A DNA stretch of 46,667 nucleotides from Octopus bimaculoides. Lineage: Eukaryota. The notes under the pieces are model-generated. The model was not told the DNA's origin and did not search any database. It was given only the letters and a program-made list of their open reading frames with translations. Below are positions 12,880 through 23,192 of this stretch, piece after piece. Position 1 is the stretch's first letter. Each line of letters opens with the position of its first letter. A program made the translations under genes and the position numbers. Location of the stretch: NCBI RefSeq assembly GCF_001194135.2, contig NC_068985.1, positions 72,685,975-72,732,641 on the forward strand. Direction: 5' to 3'.

Positions 12880-13215
12880 ATTTGCCCTTCCCTACTCTGC
12901 TTCTCTCTGTCTGATACCATCTTTCTGGTTTGTTTTCTATTTTCTTTCTTTGTTTTTTTCTCTATCATTCTATACTTCTTTCTCTCTCTCCCCTCTCTCT
13001 TTCAGTCTTTATTTCCACTTTATTTCCACTTATTTCATCTCTCTTTATTTCTTTACGTCATTATCTCTCTTTTCATCTTTATTGCTTTCTTTGTTGCTAT
13101 CTCTATCTCACTGCTTGTGTGTTTTGTCACGTTCTTCACTATATATCTTCCTAACTGACTTTATCTGGCTATCTGTCCCTCTGTCCACTTCCTCCTGTTT
13201 AAAGCTCTCTCTCTT
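12880..13215. repeat. CT-rich low-complexity tract
   Basis: Visible composition bias. Confidence 0.85.
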
Positions 13216-13601
13216 GTCTACACCTTGCTGCGCTTAGTCATTGCAAAACACCTACGTTTCCAATCACCACCGTCTTAAATGTTTGTGTAAACAAAAGGAA
13301 GATAAACCACACGTCAACATTACTGATGTCTTCTTCTGAGGTTTTCATTTCTAACCTCTAGCTCCAGCAGTGCATCATGTAACCATTTAAATAGGTTTCT
13401 GTGTATAAAGCATACAAAGGACAATGCCACCAAACTCATAGCACCTTCAAATACAATGTCCCCTAAAACTATTTTTCAAAGTGTTGCTTTTGACTAACTA
13501 AACACTAAGAGTGGTCACTGGTGTAGTGTGTCTCACAGAATCTCAGAGGAAGATCCTACCTTTTAGAAATTTGCTCACAATCCTTGATTCATTCAGTTTA
13601 A

Positions 13602-14034
13602 CCCTTTCATTATCATATTTCTGCTGAAATATTCTCCCTTTGTTTCAATTAATTTTTAAAATAAGAATTTAGTAAAATACTTCTGTCATTATTAAGCTGA
13701 TGCTTGGAACTTAAATTAGCATGAAATCTTGATAGAAGATTTTAATTTAGACCACTTGGGCCCTTTATCATTTAAACTGGCCATATCGGCCAAAATGTTC
13801 TCGCTGTTTTATGTTCAAAATGCCAGATTCAGCCTTTCACACCTGCCCTACGATGTCATTCAAAAAGTAGACAATAACATCATCAAAATCTCAAAGCTGT
13901 GAGATGATAAATGATTAGTTGAAAATAATTTAGGTAAATAAACATTAAACTTGACAGAATAATCTGAATATTTACAGGGTTAAAACAGGATGTTTGTATC
14001 CAAGGTAGTCTCTGGTGGGTTGGTAACAAAAGGT
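13602..14034. mobile_element. piggyBac-like MITE A carrying a nested MITE B
   Basis: TTAA|CCCTTTC ... AAAGGT|TTAA. A partial uninterrupted copy lies at about 39190-39400. Confidence 0.7.
13761..13979. mobile_element. piggyBac-like MITE B (nested in A)
   Basis: CCCTTTATCATTTAAACTGGCC ... ACAGGG|TTAA; left TSD is degenerate. Confidence 0.7.
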
Positions 14035-14227
14035 TTAAGCATACTTTTGATCATAATTGTTTGTTTTGCAGAATAGTTGTTTTGTCAGTGAACAGGTCAC
14101 AGTTTCAAAGCGAAAAAAATATTTTGACACAAATGAAATTTTAATGTTGAAGTGAAACTGGTACAAATTAAATACAGGTGTTACATACAAAACATTTTGA
14201 ATGTACACTGTGTGGATGTGTAACACC

Positions 14228-14253
14228 TTAACCCTAACCCTAACTAACCCTAA
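14228..14253. repeat. Short degenerate (CCCTAA)n telomere-like repeat
   Basis: ttaaccctaaccctaactaaccctaa. Confidence 0.7.
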
Positions 14254-14339
14254 AACTAGCCCTCCCCTTCATATAGTTACATAAGATGCATGTGGACTTT
14301 TGTATTTAAGTAGTGCCATGAAACTAATGGTTTCTGTGT

Positions 14340-14700
14340 GTATTTGAATGGCTTACAAACATCTACACTGGAATTGTTTTTGTTTCAGCACACAATCTCA
14401 GATCAAGTCACTTGCTATGCAAGTACATCTCCATAATTTTTTAAAATCACTGTGGATAAATGGCAGCAATGACCTTCTCAGGCTCTCCAATATTTTAATT
14501 TCTAAACAGAAACAATCGGGGGCAGTGAGTGGGGTTGCAAAAGATTCATAATTTCTCAAATTTTCTTTTTTTTATAACATATTAATGTATTTAGGGGAAA
14601 AAATATTGAAAAACATCGAAAAACATCAATACATGCAAGAGTGATAAAGAAACGAGGAGGGTCGTCTTTGGATATGCTAGAAACAACAGTCAAATCACCC
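14340..14700 (-). mobile_element. Possible ancient LINE remnant (region N-terminal to the RT core)
   Basis: KKKENLRNY...EIKILESL...SDLI*D..KQF resembles KKGD....NYRPISL...KILE....LI.D.Q.GF; contains a frameshift at an A-run and stops. Confidence 0.35.
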
Positions 14701-15904
14701 TTAAATCACTCACTTTNNNNNNNNNNNNNNNNNNNNNNNNNNNNNNNNNNNNNNNNNNNNNNNNNNNNNNNNNNNNNNNNNNNNNNNNNNNNNNNNNNNN
14801 NNNNNNNNNNNNNNNNNNNNNNNNNNNNNNNNNNNNNNNNNNNNNNNNNNNNNNNNNNNNNNNNNNNNNNNNNNNNNNNNNNNNNNNNNNNNNNNNNNNN
14901 NNNNNNNNNNNNNNNNNNNNNNNNNNNNNNNNNNNNNNNNNNNNNNAAATCTCTATATACTTTGAAGCCAAAACATTTAAGCAGTGTTTGGAGAAAATTT
15001 TTGCTAAAATGTATCCATTTTTCTGGATGTCATGAGGCATTAAAGTTGGTGGTGTATACATCTGTAGTAAGGCCCTTTTATTTATATGATTTTTTCATTT
15101 CATATTTATTTCATTCATTGTTTGCAATGTTCTCTCTCTGTCATGCACACACTGCAAAGCTTACAGATGGGCTGCTAAATTGAAAACTGTATGTTGCTTT
15201 GAGGGGAAGGTAAAACTTGACAAACTGCTTCTCCCTCTGTTGTTGGACTACTGTGATGTTTATTTAAAAAAGAGAGATTACAACTGTGATAAAATAATGA
15301 ATGCAAGTGAGCACTATTATGCAAAGAAATAATTAGACATAAAATATAAAAATTATTAGAATTGAAAATATAATTAATTGAAACATAGTGTTTTTTTTTT
15401 TTTTGAAATATGGTAATAGAAGAAATGTTTAAAAAATGTTATGTTCATTTATCTATTTGGGTCCTGTATATGAGAATAAAACAGTGTGAGTATAAAGTTA
15501 AATTTAAGTTACTCTGATAACATTATATTGTATTCAAAGAAAATGGTCATTTTTGTATAAAGGCAGTATGTGCTCAGTGTCTTCTATCTGAAATTATATA
15601 GTCATGGCATAATCTCTGATTATGTCATATACTTATTATGAACACAGAGCCCAAGCTGAAATAACAGTATATTTCAAATGGCTTTAAATGGAATAAATGA
15701 TAAAAGAGAAGCAAGGAGATATGTTAATTGAATTGACCCTTGTACATATCTTTCAGTGATTAGTTCTTCTACTAAGTTCAAATTACACTAGTTTCGACTT
15801 TGCCTTTAATTTCCCAAGTATTGTATTATGATCAATTGAACTAATTGTGCTTCTTCTCCCACTCACTCAATTTATTTAGCTTTGTGCCAATGGAAGAAAG
15901 CAAC

Positions 15905-16180
15905 AGCAACAATAATAATTTCTGAAGTAGACACAAGGCCTGATTTTTTTTTTAGTTGGGTGGGGTAATAATTGATTAAATCAAACACTGTACTTGATTT
16001 GCACTTTATTTTACTGACCCTGGGAGGATAATAGTTTCTGATATTAGTATAGGCTTCAAATTTGGGGTATGAGTACAGCTGAATATACCAATGAAATTAT
16101 ATTTGATTGGTTATTTATTTTACCGATGTTGGAAGGATGAAAGACAGAGTTGGCTTTGGCAGAATTTTAACTCAAAACAT
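15905..16180 (-). mobile_element. SINE family A, degenerate
   Basis: ggatgaaagacagagttggctttggcagaattttaactcaaaac is the reverse complement of the family A head/body. Confidence 0.6.
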
Positions 16181-16685
16181 AGTTGATAATAGCAACAGCT
16201 ATAATAGTGTTAATTAGTAATGCTGCCATTTCCCTGTATCAATTCCACATGATTTACTTGACCATGCCATCAATGGTCAGTAATGTAAAAGAAGTGTGGG
16301 CCAGCAAGTACTTTGTGGTCTATTACACATGTCCTTACCATTCATATATGTTCATGTCTGAGAATGAGAATTCTTCAGTTACATTAACTAGGAACTTACA
16401 AACCCTCACCCACTCTTCTTGGGGTTGTAGAAATTATCTCCTTATACTATCCTCTAAAACGAATCACCTCTCTTCATGGCAGGATGATTTTTATAAGGTA
16501 TATTTTTGGCTCCTACAAATCATCACCAATTTCTTTAATTATTACCTTATTTTACAAATCTTGTTCATATACTATAAAAACTTGCATGCTGGAAATGTAT
16601 CATCTTCGTCTGACAGCTTCTGGAGAGAAATAGAGTATTTATAATATTTATAATGTAGTATAAATACTATAAATATATTATATAT

Positions 16686-16880
16686 TCTTTTACTTGTTTC
16701 TGTCATTTGACAGCAGCTATGGTGGAACACCACCTTTAAGGTTTTTTTTAGTCAAAGAAATCAATTTTTTTGTAAGCCTGGTACTTATTCTATCTGTCTC
16801 TTTTGCTGAATCGCTAAGGTACAATGATGTAAACACACCAACATTGGTTGTCAAGTGATAGTGGGTAGGGGGGGGGGACA

Positions 16881-16925
<45 letters not shown>

Positions 16926-17073
16926 GGCTTCTTTTAGTTTCTATATCTACCAAATCCACCCACAAGGCCTGAATGCTATAGTAGAAGGCACTTGCCCAAG
17001 GTGTCACGCAATGGAACTGAACCCAGAACCATGCTGTTTGGAAGCAAGCTTCTTACCACATAGCCATGCCTGC
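16686..17073 (-). mobile_element. tRNA-derived SINE family B with MIR/CORE-like segment and internal (CA)n
   Basis: gtagaaggcacttgcccaaggtgtc (core-like), gaactgaacccagaaccatg (B box) and ttaccacatagccatgcctgc (head); same layout as 40419-40833. Confidence 0.85.
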
Positions 17074-18092
17074 ACCTATAGTATATTATATTATAGTATA
17101 AACTATATTATATTATATTATAGTATAAACACTATGTTATAATATAAGTACGATTATATAGTATAAGGAAAGATATCCAATTGTACAACTCCTGTTTTCA
17201 ATTTTTGTAGAACAGACAGTTTTACTGTTTCCCTTTTCCATACTAGCTCTGCTGCATTCTTGTTTTCTTTGTGGTTAAAATTGTTGATTTTTTTAACTGG
17301 ATGTTCTTCCTACCATTGAGCACTGAAAGATTCTTTTTGAAAAATAATGTGCTCTAGTTGAGTTAAAGTTGTTTAGCTCTAGATCAACCTTGATTAGGCA
17401 TCAAAATGATTAAAGGTATCAAAATGATGATTGTTCTGTTGTCTTTTATGGCATAGGACTAAATTGTTCTGAATATATGTGCCACTTCCTCTTTTTTTTT
17501 AAATTTTAGGGTATGATTTGAGAGGGTCTCTCTCTCTCTCACTCTAATTAAACGAATGTGTGTTCAGTAAGTAAATGGGAAATCTGATGTTAGGAGCAAC
17601 TAGGCCTGTTTAGGAAGAGAAATCAGAAGTGTGATAGATATTTTTACAAACAGTCTTGTCTTGTCAGTTAACACTTTGATGCCAACCTGCCCAAGACATC
17701 CTGAGTTTTATGACACAAATTCCCTGTTTTAAAGTGATTTAAATTAAAAACTTCCTTCAAAAGTCCATGTTCATTTATATTCCAAACACCAGCTTAACAA
17801 CAAAGTTATTTTAATAAATTCTTCATTATTTTCAAACTTAATTAAAACAAAAGCAGTGTATTTCGACACAGAAGAATTTAACAAAATTAATTATACAATT
17901 GAAACAAGAAGTAATTGTACTTTTGAATCAGTGATTCTACATTAATGATTATATGTATGTTTTGTATTGACGATCACATGAACCAGCTGTCCAGCTCTTT
18001 CATCTCAGCAGCCATTTTACTTTATCGCCTAAATTTTTTCCAATGCATTTCAAGTTTTACAAGGGATAAGTGTTACTCAGGCTTTACTTATA

Positions 18093-18332
18093 ATCATCAT
18101 CATCATCCCTTAATGTCCATTTTCCATGCTGACATGGATTGGACAGTTTGAACAGATCTGACAAGCTGGAGAGCTACACCAGGTTCCAATCTGATTTGGC
18201 TTGGTTTCTACAGCTGGCTGCCCATCCTAATGCCAACCACTTTACAGTGTGTGCTGAGTGCTTTTCACGTGGCATTGGCATGAGCATTTTTATATGGCAC
18301 TGGCATGAGTGCTTTTCACATGGCATCGGTAC
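18093..18332 (-). mobile_element. RTE 3' end with several tandem modules
   Basis: (atc)n tail followed by repeated gagtgcttttcacgtggca-like units. Confidence 0.8.
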
Positions 18333-18867
18333 AGGACTCTTACAGGTTAATCCTCTTCACCAGGGAATGTGGCCTTAACACTTCTGCTGCAGAGGATGGG
18401 CCTACTTGAGTACACAAAAGGACTTTAGTGAAAGGTGCCATTCTGGAATTGAACTTGAAACCACATTGTTATAAAGCGAACTTCTCAAGCACACAGCCAT
18501 GCTTCTTATATCTTATATCCTTTTATTCCTCCACTGGTTTCAGTCATTAGTTAGGTCATGCTAGAGCACCACCTGCAAGCAATCGCCAGTACTTATTTTC
18601 TGTGTGGTACGTATTTTATTACACTTTATTTTATAACACTAGTTTTACACTAGTCAAATATAGACATGGATACAAACATACATATACCTGTATATACAGG
18701 TGTAAATTCTTTGTGGTGTTTACTTCCTAAGTAGAAGTAATTTCAGTCTTGGCTGACTTATATAAGTACTCATCTACTTGGAGAGACTGTAGAGAGTGTA
18801 AATAAGATGGATTGATAGGTTTCTGTATTCCTGTGAAATACAAAATAACTCTATATTCTTTATCTAT

Positions 18868-19083
18868 TTAGCATTCAGATTAATCTGCTGAATGCAATAC
18901 TTATTTATGCATATTATTTTGTATTAATCATGCATTATCTCATAGCTTTGGGATTTTGATGATGTGATTGTTTATTTTTAGAATTACATTATAAGGTAGG
19001 TGTGAGAGGCCAGATCTGATCAGTTTGAACATAAAGCAGGTAGAATATTTGGGCCGGATATGGTCAGTTTAAATGTTAAAGGG
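18868..19083. mobile_element. piggyBac-like MITE B copy
   Basis: tttagcattcagatt ... tttaaatgttaaaggg, opposite orientation to 26582-26802. Confidence 0.7.
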
Positions 19084-19599
19084 TTACATTCAAGTCCTTT
19101 TTACTTAAATGTATTTGAAATGAGGAAATAGTAGCAAAACTATCTTTGAAACCTCTACTGAACTGACAGCAGTAATTTATCAGTTTCTTTGAAAATGGTG
19201 ATGGGGTGGTAGTTTGAAGTATCTATACTCCATGATATATAGATTCTATTCAGTGGACAGCTAATGCTCAAATCTAGTTAGTCACTGGTTTACTCAACTA
19301 AATTGTTACTTAACCCCTTAATAAAACCTTGTGTGTACACACATACATATTCCTTGCTTGAAGAATGCAGTGTTGTTGAAACTCAAGTTGCAAACTGTAA
19401 ATTCAGTTTCAGTATTGTATATGTTTTACAACATTTATTTTTCACTCCTCTCTATTGATGTGATTTAATACTTTGTGTGTAATAGAATGTGGCTCAGGAG
19501 AATGATGAAAGAACATACAGAAGACAAAATAAAACACACATACACACGAAGGATATGGTCATCAGTTATTAACCCCAAAAAACATCACGACTTTGATAC

Positions 19600-19711
19600 C
19601 TTTTTAATAATATTGTTCAATTTGATGACTTCAGCTGCAAAACACTGCTGGGTCTTAAGTGAGCAATCATGAAGGACAGAATGCAGGCCTGCATTTATTG
19701 TGTAACAGAGC
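19600..19711 (-). CDS. Putative coding exon 3 of a divergent, uncharacterised gene (alternatively a decayed CR1/L2 RT)
   Basis: Weak acceptor (tctaaag|G), donor AAG|GTATCA; open phase 2 to phase 0: (R)LCYTINAGLHSVLHDCSLKTQQCFAAEVIKLNNIIKK. Confidence 0.3.
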
Positions 19712-19825
19712 CTTTAGACTCATTATTAACAGTAGTTGGTTTTCTGAAACATGTGTACATTAGATAAAGCTTAAATGCTGTTTGTTTTCTAGATTCTTTA
19801 TGGTGTGCAAACTTCACTCACTAAC

Positions 19826-19962
19826 CTGTCTGGAATATTGAAGGTTATTGTCAAACCATATTGAGCATAGGAGGGGAGTGTGGAACTTATCAGCGATGCC
19901 AAAACCTTTTGGTAACATATGCCTTCCAGAACACCTTTTGGATTATTTGTGTGTGTATTTAT
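19826..19962 (-). CDS. Putative coding exon 2 of the divergent gene
   Basis: Acceptor tatattag|A, donor CAG|GTTAGT; open phase 0 to phase 2: INTHTNNPKGVLEGICYQKVLASLISSTLPSYAQYGLTITFNIPD. The upstream intron would be only 46 nt. Confidence 0.3.
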
Positions 19963-20008
19963 CTAATATATAAATCCTGTTCTATCTGTCTGTTTTTTGT
20001 GCACTTAC

Positions 20009-20263
20009 AATCGAATATTGTTCATCTGATTGCACTGAAATTTTAAACATGGATACATGAGAGAGTGGGGCGTTCCGTAATCTAAAAAGATTTTCAAAAT
20101 TGTCAGTTTCAAAGTGAGAATCGCTATTTTTGTAATCTTTTTTTCCTGTTTCTTTCGTCATCCTGTTCATTAACTGACGTTCTAAACGATTCATTTCTAC
20201 GTTTTCACATTTAAATGACAGATATATGTAAATAAAGCTTGCTATTTGTAAATACAGTCTCAT
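20009..20263 (-). CDS. Putative first coding segment of the divergent gene, within predicted exon 20009-20327
   Basis: Acceptor ttgatttttttag|C at 20328 and donor ATT|GTAAGT at 20008; 85 open codons from ATG 20263 (later ATGs are possible starts). Confidence 0.35.
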
Positions 20264-20894
20264 TTTGATTTAAATATTAGACCACAAACAACTATTCATT
20301 TCTGCATTTTCACATGTTTGTAAGCGGCTAAAAAAATCAACATCACTCTAACTTTAATTAACTGTAATCAACCATGTGCATTCACAGTCAGATGTGTTCT
20401 TATGGCTGTTTTTCGTGCAATAAACCAGCTAACATGAAAAACTACCAGGAAAAGCAGTTACTTTAAGTGAGCAAAAAAGTGAAAATAAAGAAAAATAAAT
20501 AACTGGTGATTACTCAATTTTCTGAAGATATTCTCAAGTAAATCCAATTGAAAGTAGAAAAGACTAATTGATTGCTTATAAAACGTGAACAATTTTGGTG
20601 GATGGATGGTGGGGTTACATCTAAAACCTTGCCTAACGTTTCTCATCCAATTTAAAAAAATAAGCAGTATTGTTCAATTTTTGGGATAAAATTGATTTGT
20701 AAAGAACATGCCTTATGTTATTTTATTGCACATTGTGTTATTTCACCTCCAAATTTCAACTCTTTTTGTATCAGTTTTTGAGAGAAGAGACACTTCCCTT
20801 AGCAATTTTGTGTCTTTATTGAGTAGCAGTTTCTGCTTGCCTGTTCATCAGGTGATTAAAACTTCCATTTATATTTTTATTTGAAACTAATGTT

Positions 20895-21070
20895 ACTTAC
20901 CCTGTAGTTCTTACCACTACGCCAGTGAAAATTGAAATAAAATACATAAAGCAACAGTCGTCAAATCCAAAATCCAAAAAACTGTTTATTGCTTAAATAT
21001 CACTTGCAATATTCACTTTGGGGATAAAGCAGCGTTCAGCCTGACGTATAGGTGTCAACAATAGGTATGT
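20895..21070. promoter_or_regulatory. Candidate bidirectional promoter / overlapping first exons
   Basis: Outward-facing strong donors: minus CAGG|GTAAGT (20900) and plus ATAG|GTATGT (21065). CpG is modestly retained locally (15 counted in 20041-21064). TSSs are not visible from sequence. Confidence 0.5.
20941..21064 (+). other. Putative non-coding first exon of ATP7 (5' boundary unknown)
   Basis: Donor ATAG|GTATGT, with an alternative TATA|GTAAGT at 21077. No ATG in this stretch. The ATG exon at 29955 has an acceptor, so an upstream exon is required. Confidence 0.45.
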
Positions 21071-22249
21071 ACTATAGTAAGTACATTGTGCTTATCCTAA
21101 TGTGAAAGTGTTTGAGTGCAAAAAGTTTAAGGTTAATTATGATGCCTGATTCCACTGGAAGTTGTATATATTGTGGGCTGAACAGCTTTCCTTCATTTTA
21201 TTGGCCTCATGACAATTTTGAAAAGGTTCACTGTGTTAAGATTCACTATCAATCAATTTTCCTTATTTAGAAGAAACAGTCAAATGTCTCAGGAATCTTT
21301 AATGCTACAACCAAAAGTAACAACCCCATACAATCATCAAACATCTCCACACCTTAACACTGTCCAAATTAACCTTCTTCACCTATACAAACCATCCAAT
21401 AGATGACGGGGGTGGGGCGTTTGCTAGTATATGTATACGAGACTAGAAAAACAGCCAACAACTGNNNNNNNNNNNNNNNNNNNNNNNNNNNNNNNNNNNN
21501 NNNNNNNNNNNNNNNNNNNNNNNNNNNNNNNNNNNNNNNNNNNNNNNNNNNNNNNNNNNNNNNNNNNNNNNNNNNNNNNNNNNNNNNNNNNNNNNNNNNN
21601 NNNNNNNNNNNNNNNNNNNNNNNNNNNNNNNNNNNNNNNNNNNNNNNNNNNNNNNNNNNNNNNNNNNNNNNNNNNNNNNNNNNNNNNNNNNNNNNNNNNN
21701 NNNNNNNNNNNNNNNNNNNNNNNNNNNNNNNNNNNNNNNNNNNNNNNNNNNNNNNNNNNNNNNNNNNNNNNNNNNNNNNNNNNNNNNNNNNNNNNNNNNN
21801 NNNNNNNNNNNNNNNNNNNNNNNNNNNNNNNNNNNNNNNNNNNNNNNNNNNNNNNNNNNNNNNNNNNNNNNNNNNNNNNTATATATATGTGTGTGTGTGT
21901 GTAATGAAAGAGAACAAAAATATCAACTCTGTTTATCAAGTTGGTGGTTTCTATTGAGTTTTTATCTTATTCAAAACAGGAGCTTATGAATAAATAATTC
22001 ATTTTCTATAGGATATGGCTTTTATGTATTTGATTTACTTGAGTGTGAGTGACAAGGAAAGGAAATAACATTAGTTGAAGTACTAATAAATAGGACAGAA
22101 CACAACTGTTCTATTGACAGGTTGTCTGTACAGTCTACATAATGTACAGTTTTATTTATTTATTTATTGAAATTTTTGTTGTGTAAGAAAAAGGTTAAAA
22201 CAAACCAAACCGAACTGCATTTGTAGAAATTTATTTTTCTGTATGCATT

Positions 22250-22450
22250 ATCATCATTATCATTTAACATCTGGCTTCCATGCTGGCATGGGTTGGATGG
22301 TTTGACAGGGTCTGACTGGTTGCAGGACTGCGTCATGCACTGTTGTTGTCTTCAGCATGGTTTCAACAGTCAGATGTCTCTCCAAATGTCAACCATTTTA
22401 CAGATCGTCTCATCATCGTTACTTAATGTCCACTCCTTCATGCCTGCATG
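22250..22450 (-). mobile_element. Two short RTE 3'-end fragments
   Basis: catcatt..tttaacatctggcttccatgctggcatgggttggatgg and catcatcgttacttaatgtccactccttcatgcctgcatgg. Confidence 0.65.
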
Positions 22451-22904
22451 GCCCCAAGAAAGACAAGAAAGGAAATGACACTTTTGTCTCTTGAAAAACA
22501 GAGGAGGGTTCAATGTGCCCTCAAAGATGTAATTAGAGGAAGCTCTAGCCAGTGTATTGGTCAATGTGGTTTCCATTGATTGAGTTGGACATACAAAAGT
22601 GTGCAGTGCCTAGTAGTGATATTATCTGTATGCTGCGTATGTCCTGGAATTTTGGTTATATATTTGTCTGTATTATTTTAAATCTGACTGGCAAATAGCA
22701 ACAACACTTGTTTGGATTAGATGCATCAGTGACCATTGTCTACCTCAAATGTGTCTTCTAATGTGAAGTACTTTGCAAAGTATGTTAGGTGCATTTTATA
22801 GTGGCATGAACACCAGGTAGGTTACTTCATTCTAAAAGAAAAAGTTCTCTCTACCCTTTGTTGTCTCTGTTCATTCAAAGCAATGTTACCAAATCGGTGG
22901 CTAG

Positions 22905-23125
22905 AAGAGAGAGTGATGAAGGAGAAAGAACCAGAGTGAGAGAGTAGGTTAACATAAGGGAGAATAAGATTGGAGAGAGTAATGGAAAAGAGACAGTGAT
23001 AGACAGCTACATGCTGGTTGTTGCTAAGAAGATTGAATAGAAAAACGAGAAGAGAGATAAAAGGTGTTGAAAGAAAGAATAACAGAGGTGAGAGAGCAAA
23101 GGGAAAATAAAAAGAAGAAAAATGT
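22905..23125. repeat. GA-rich low-complexity tract
   Basis: Visible composition bias. Confidence 0.8.
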
Positions 23126-23192
23126 AGTTGCCATACATAAATGAGATCAAATCAACTTTTACATTATAAACCACTGATTATGTCAGTTATTA

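Noticed and set aside
11774-14551. Plus-strand micro-exon chain (11774-11792, 12127-12197, 14389-14422, 14510-14551) that can be joined in frame
   Set aside because: No recognisable product, junctions were picked post hoc, and the segments overlap minus-strand LINE RT remnants that better explain the sequence and its CpGs.
14340-14700. PPRFFITLAC as a Helitron/Helentron Rep motif I
   Set aside because: No convincing HUH or helicase motifs follow; the neighbouring KK..N..NY...KILE pattern fits a LINE fossil at least as well.
16183-16644. 153-aa plus-strand ORF
   Set aside because: No domain, no splice support, low-complexity AT-rich composition; the opposite strand shows faint LINE-like C-terminal motifs.
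14357-18830. Exon-like segments (14357-14501 and 18688-18830, minus) each with one in-frame TGA or TAG, suggesting stop-to-Trp rescue by A-to-I editing
   Set aside because: They cannot be joined consistently to other exons, and TGG-to-stop decay in TE fossils explains them more simply. Only RNA/DNA comparison could revive this.
19600-20263. Resemblance of the divergent ORF to EXOSC5/Rrp46 (RNase PH fold) or to a Helitron-associated DUF6570 region
   Set aside because: Only scattered residues match, hallmark conserved motifs are missing and several gaps are needed; not supportable without a profile search.
21114-21120. Metal-response element core TGCACTC (minus strand) just inside ATP7 intron 1
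   Set aside because: A single degenerate 7-mer is expected by chance at this density; no cluster of sites.
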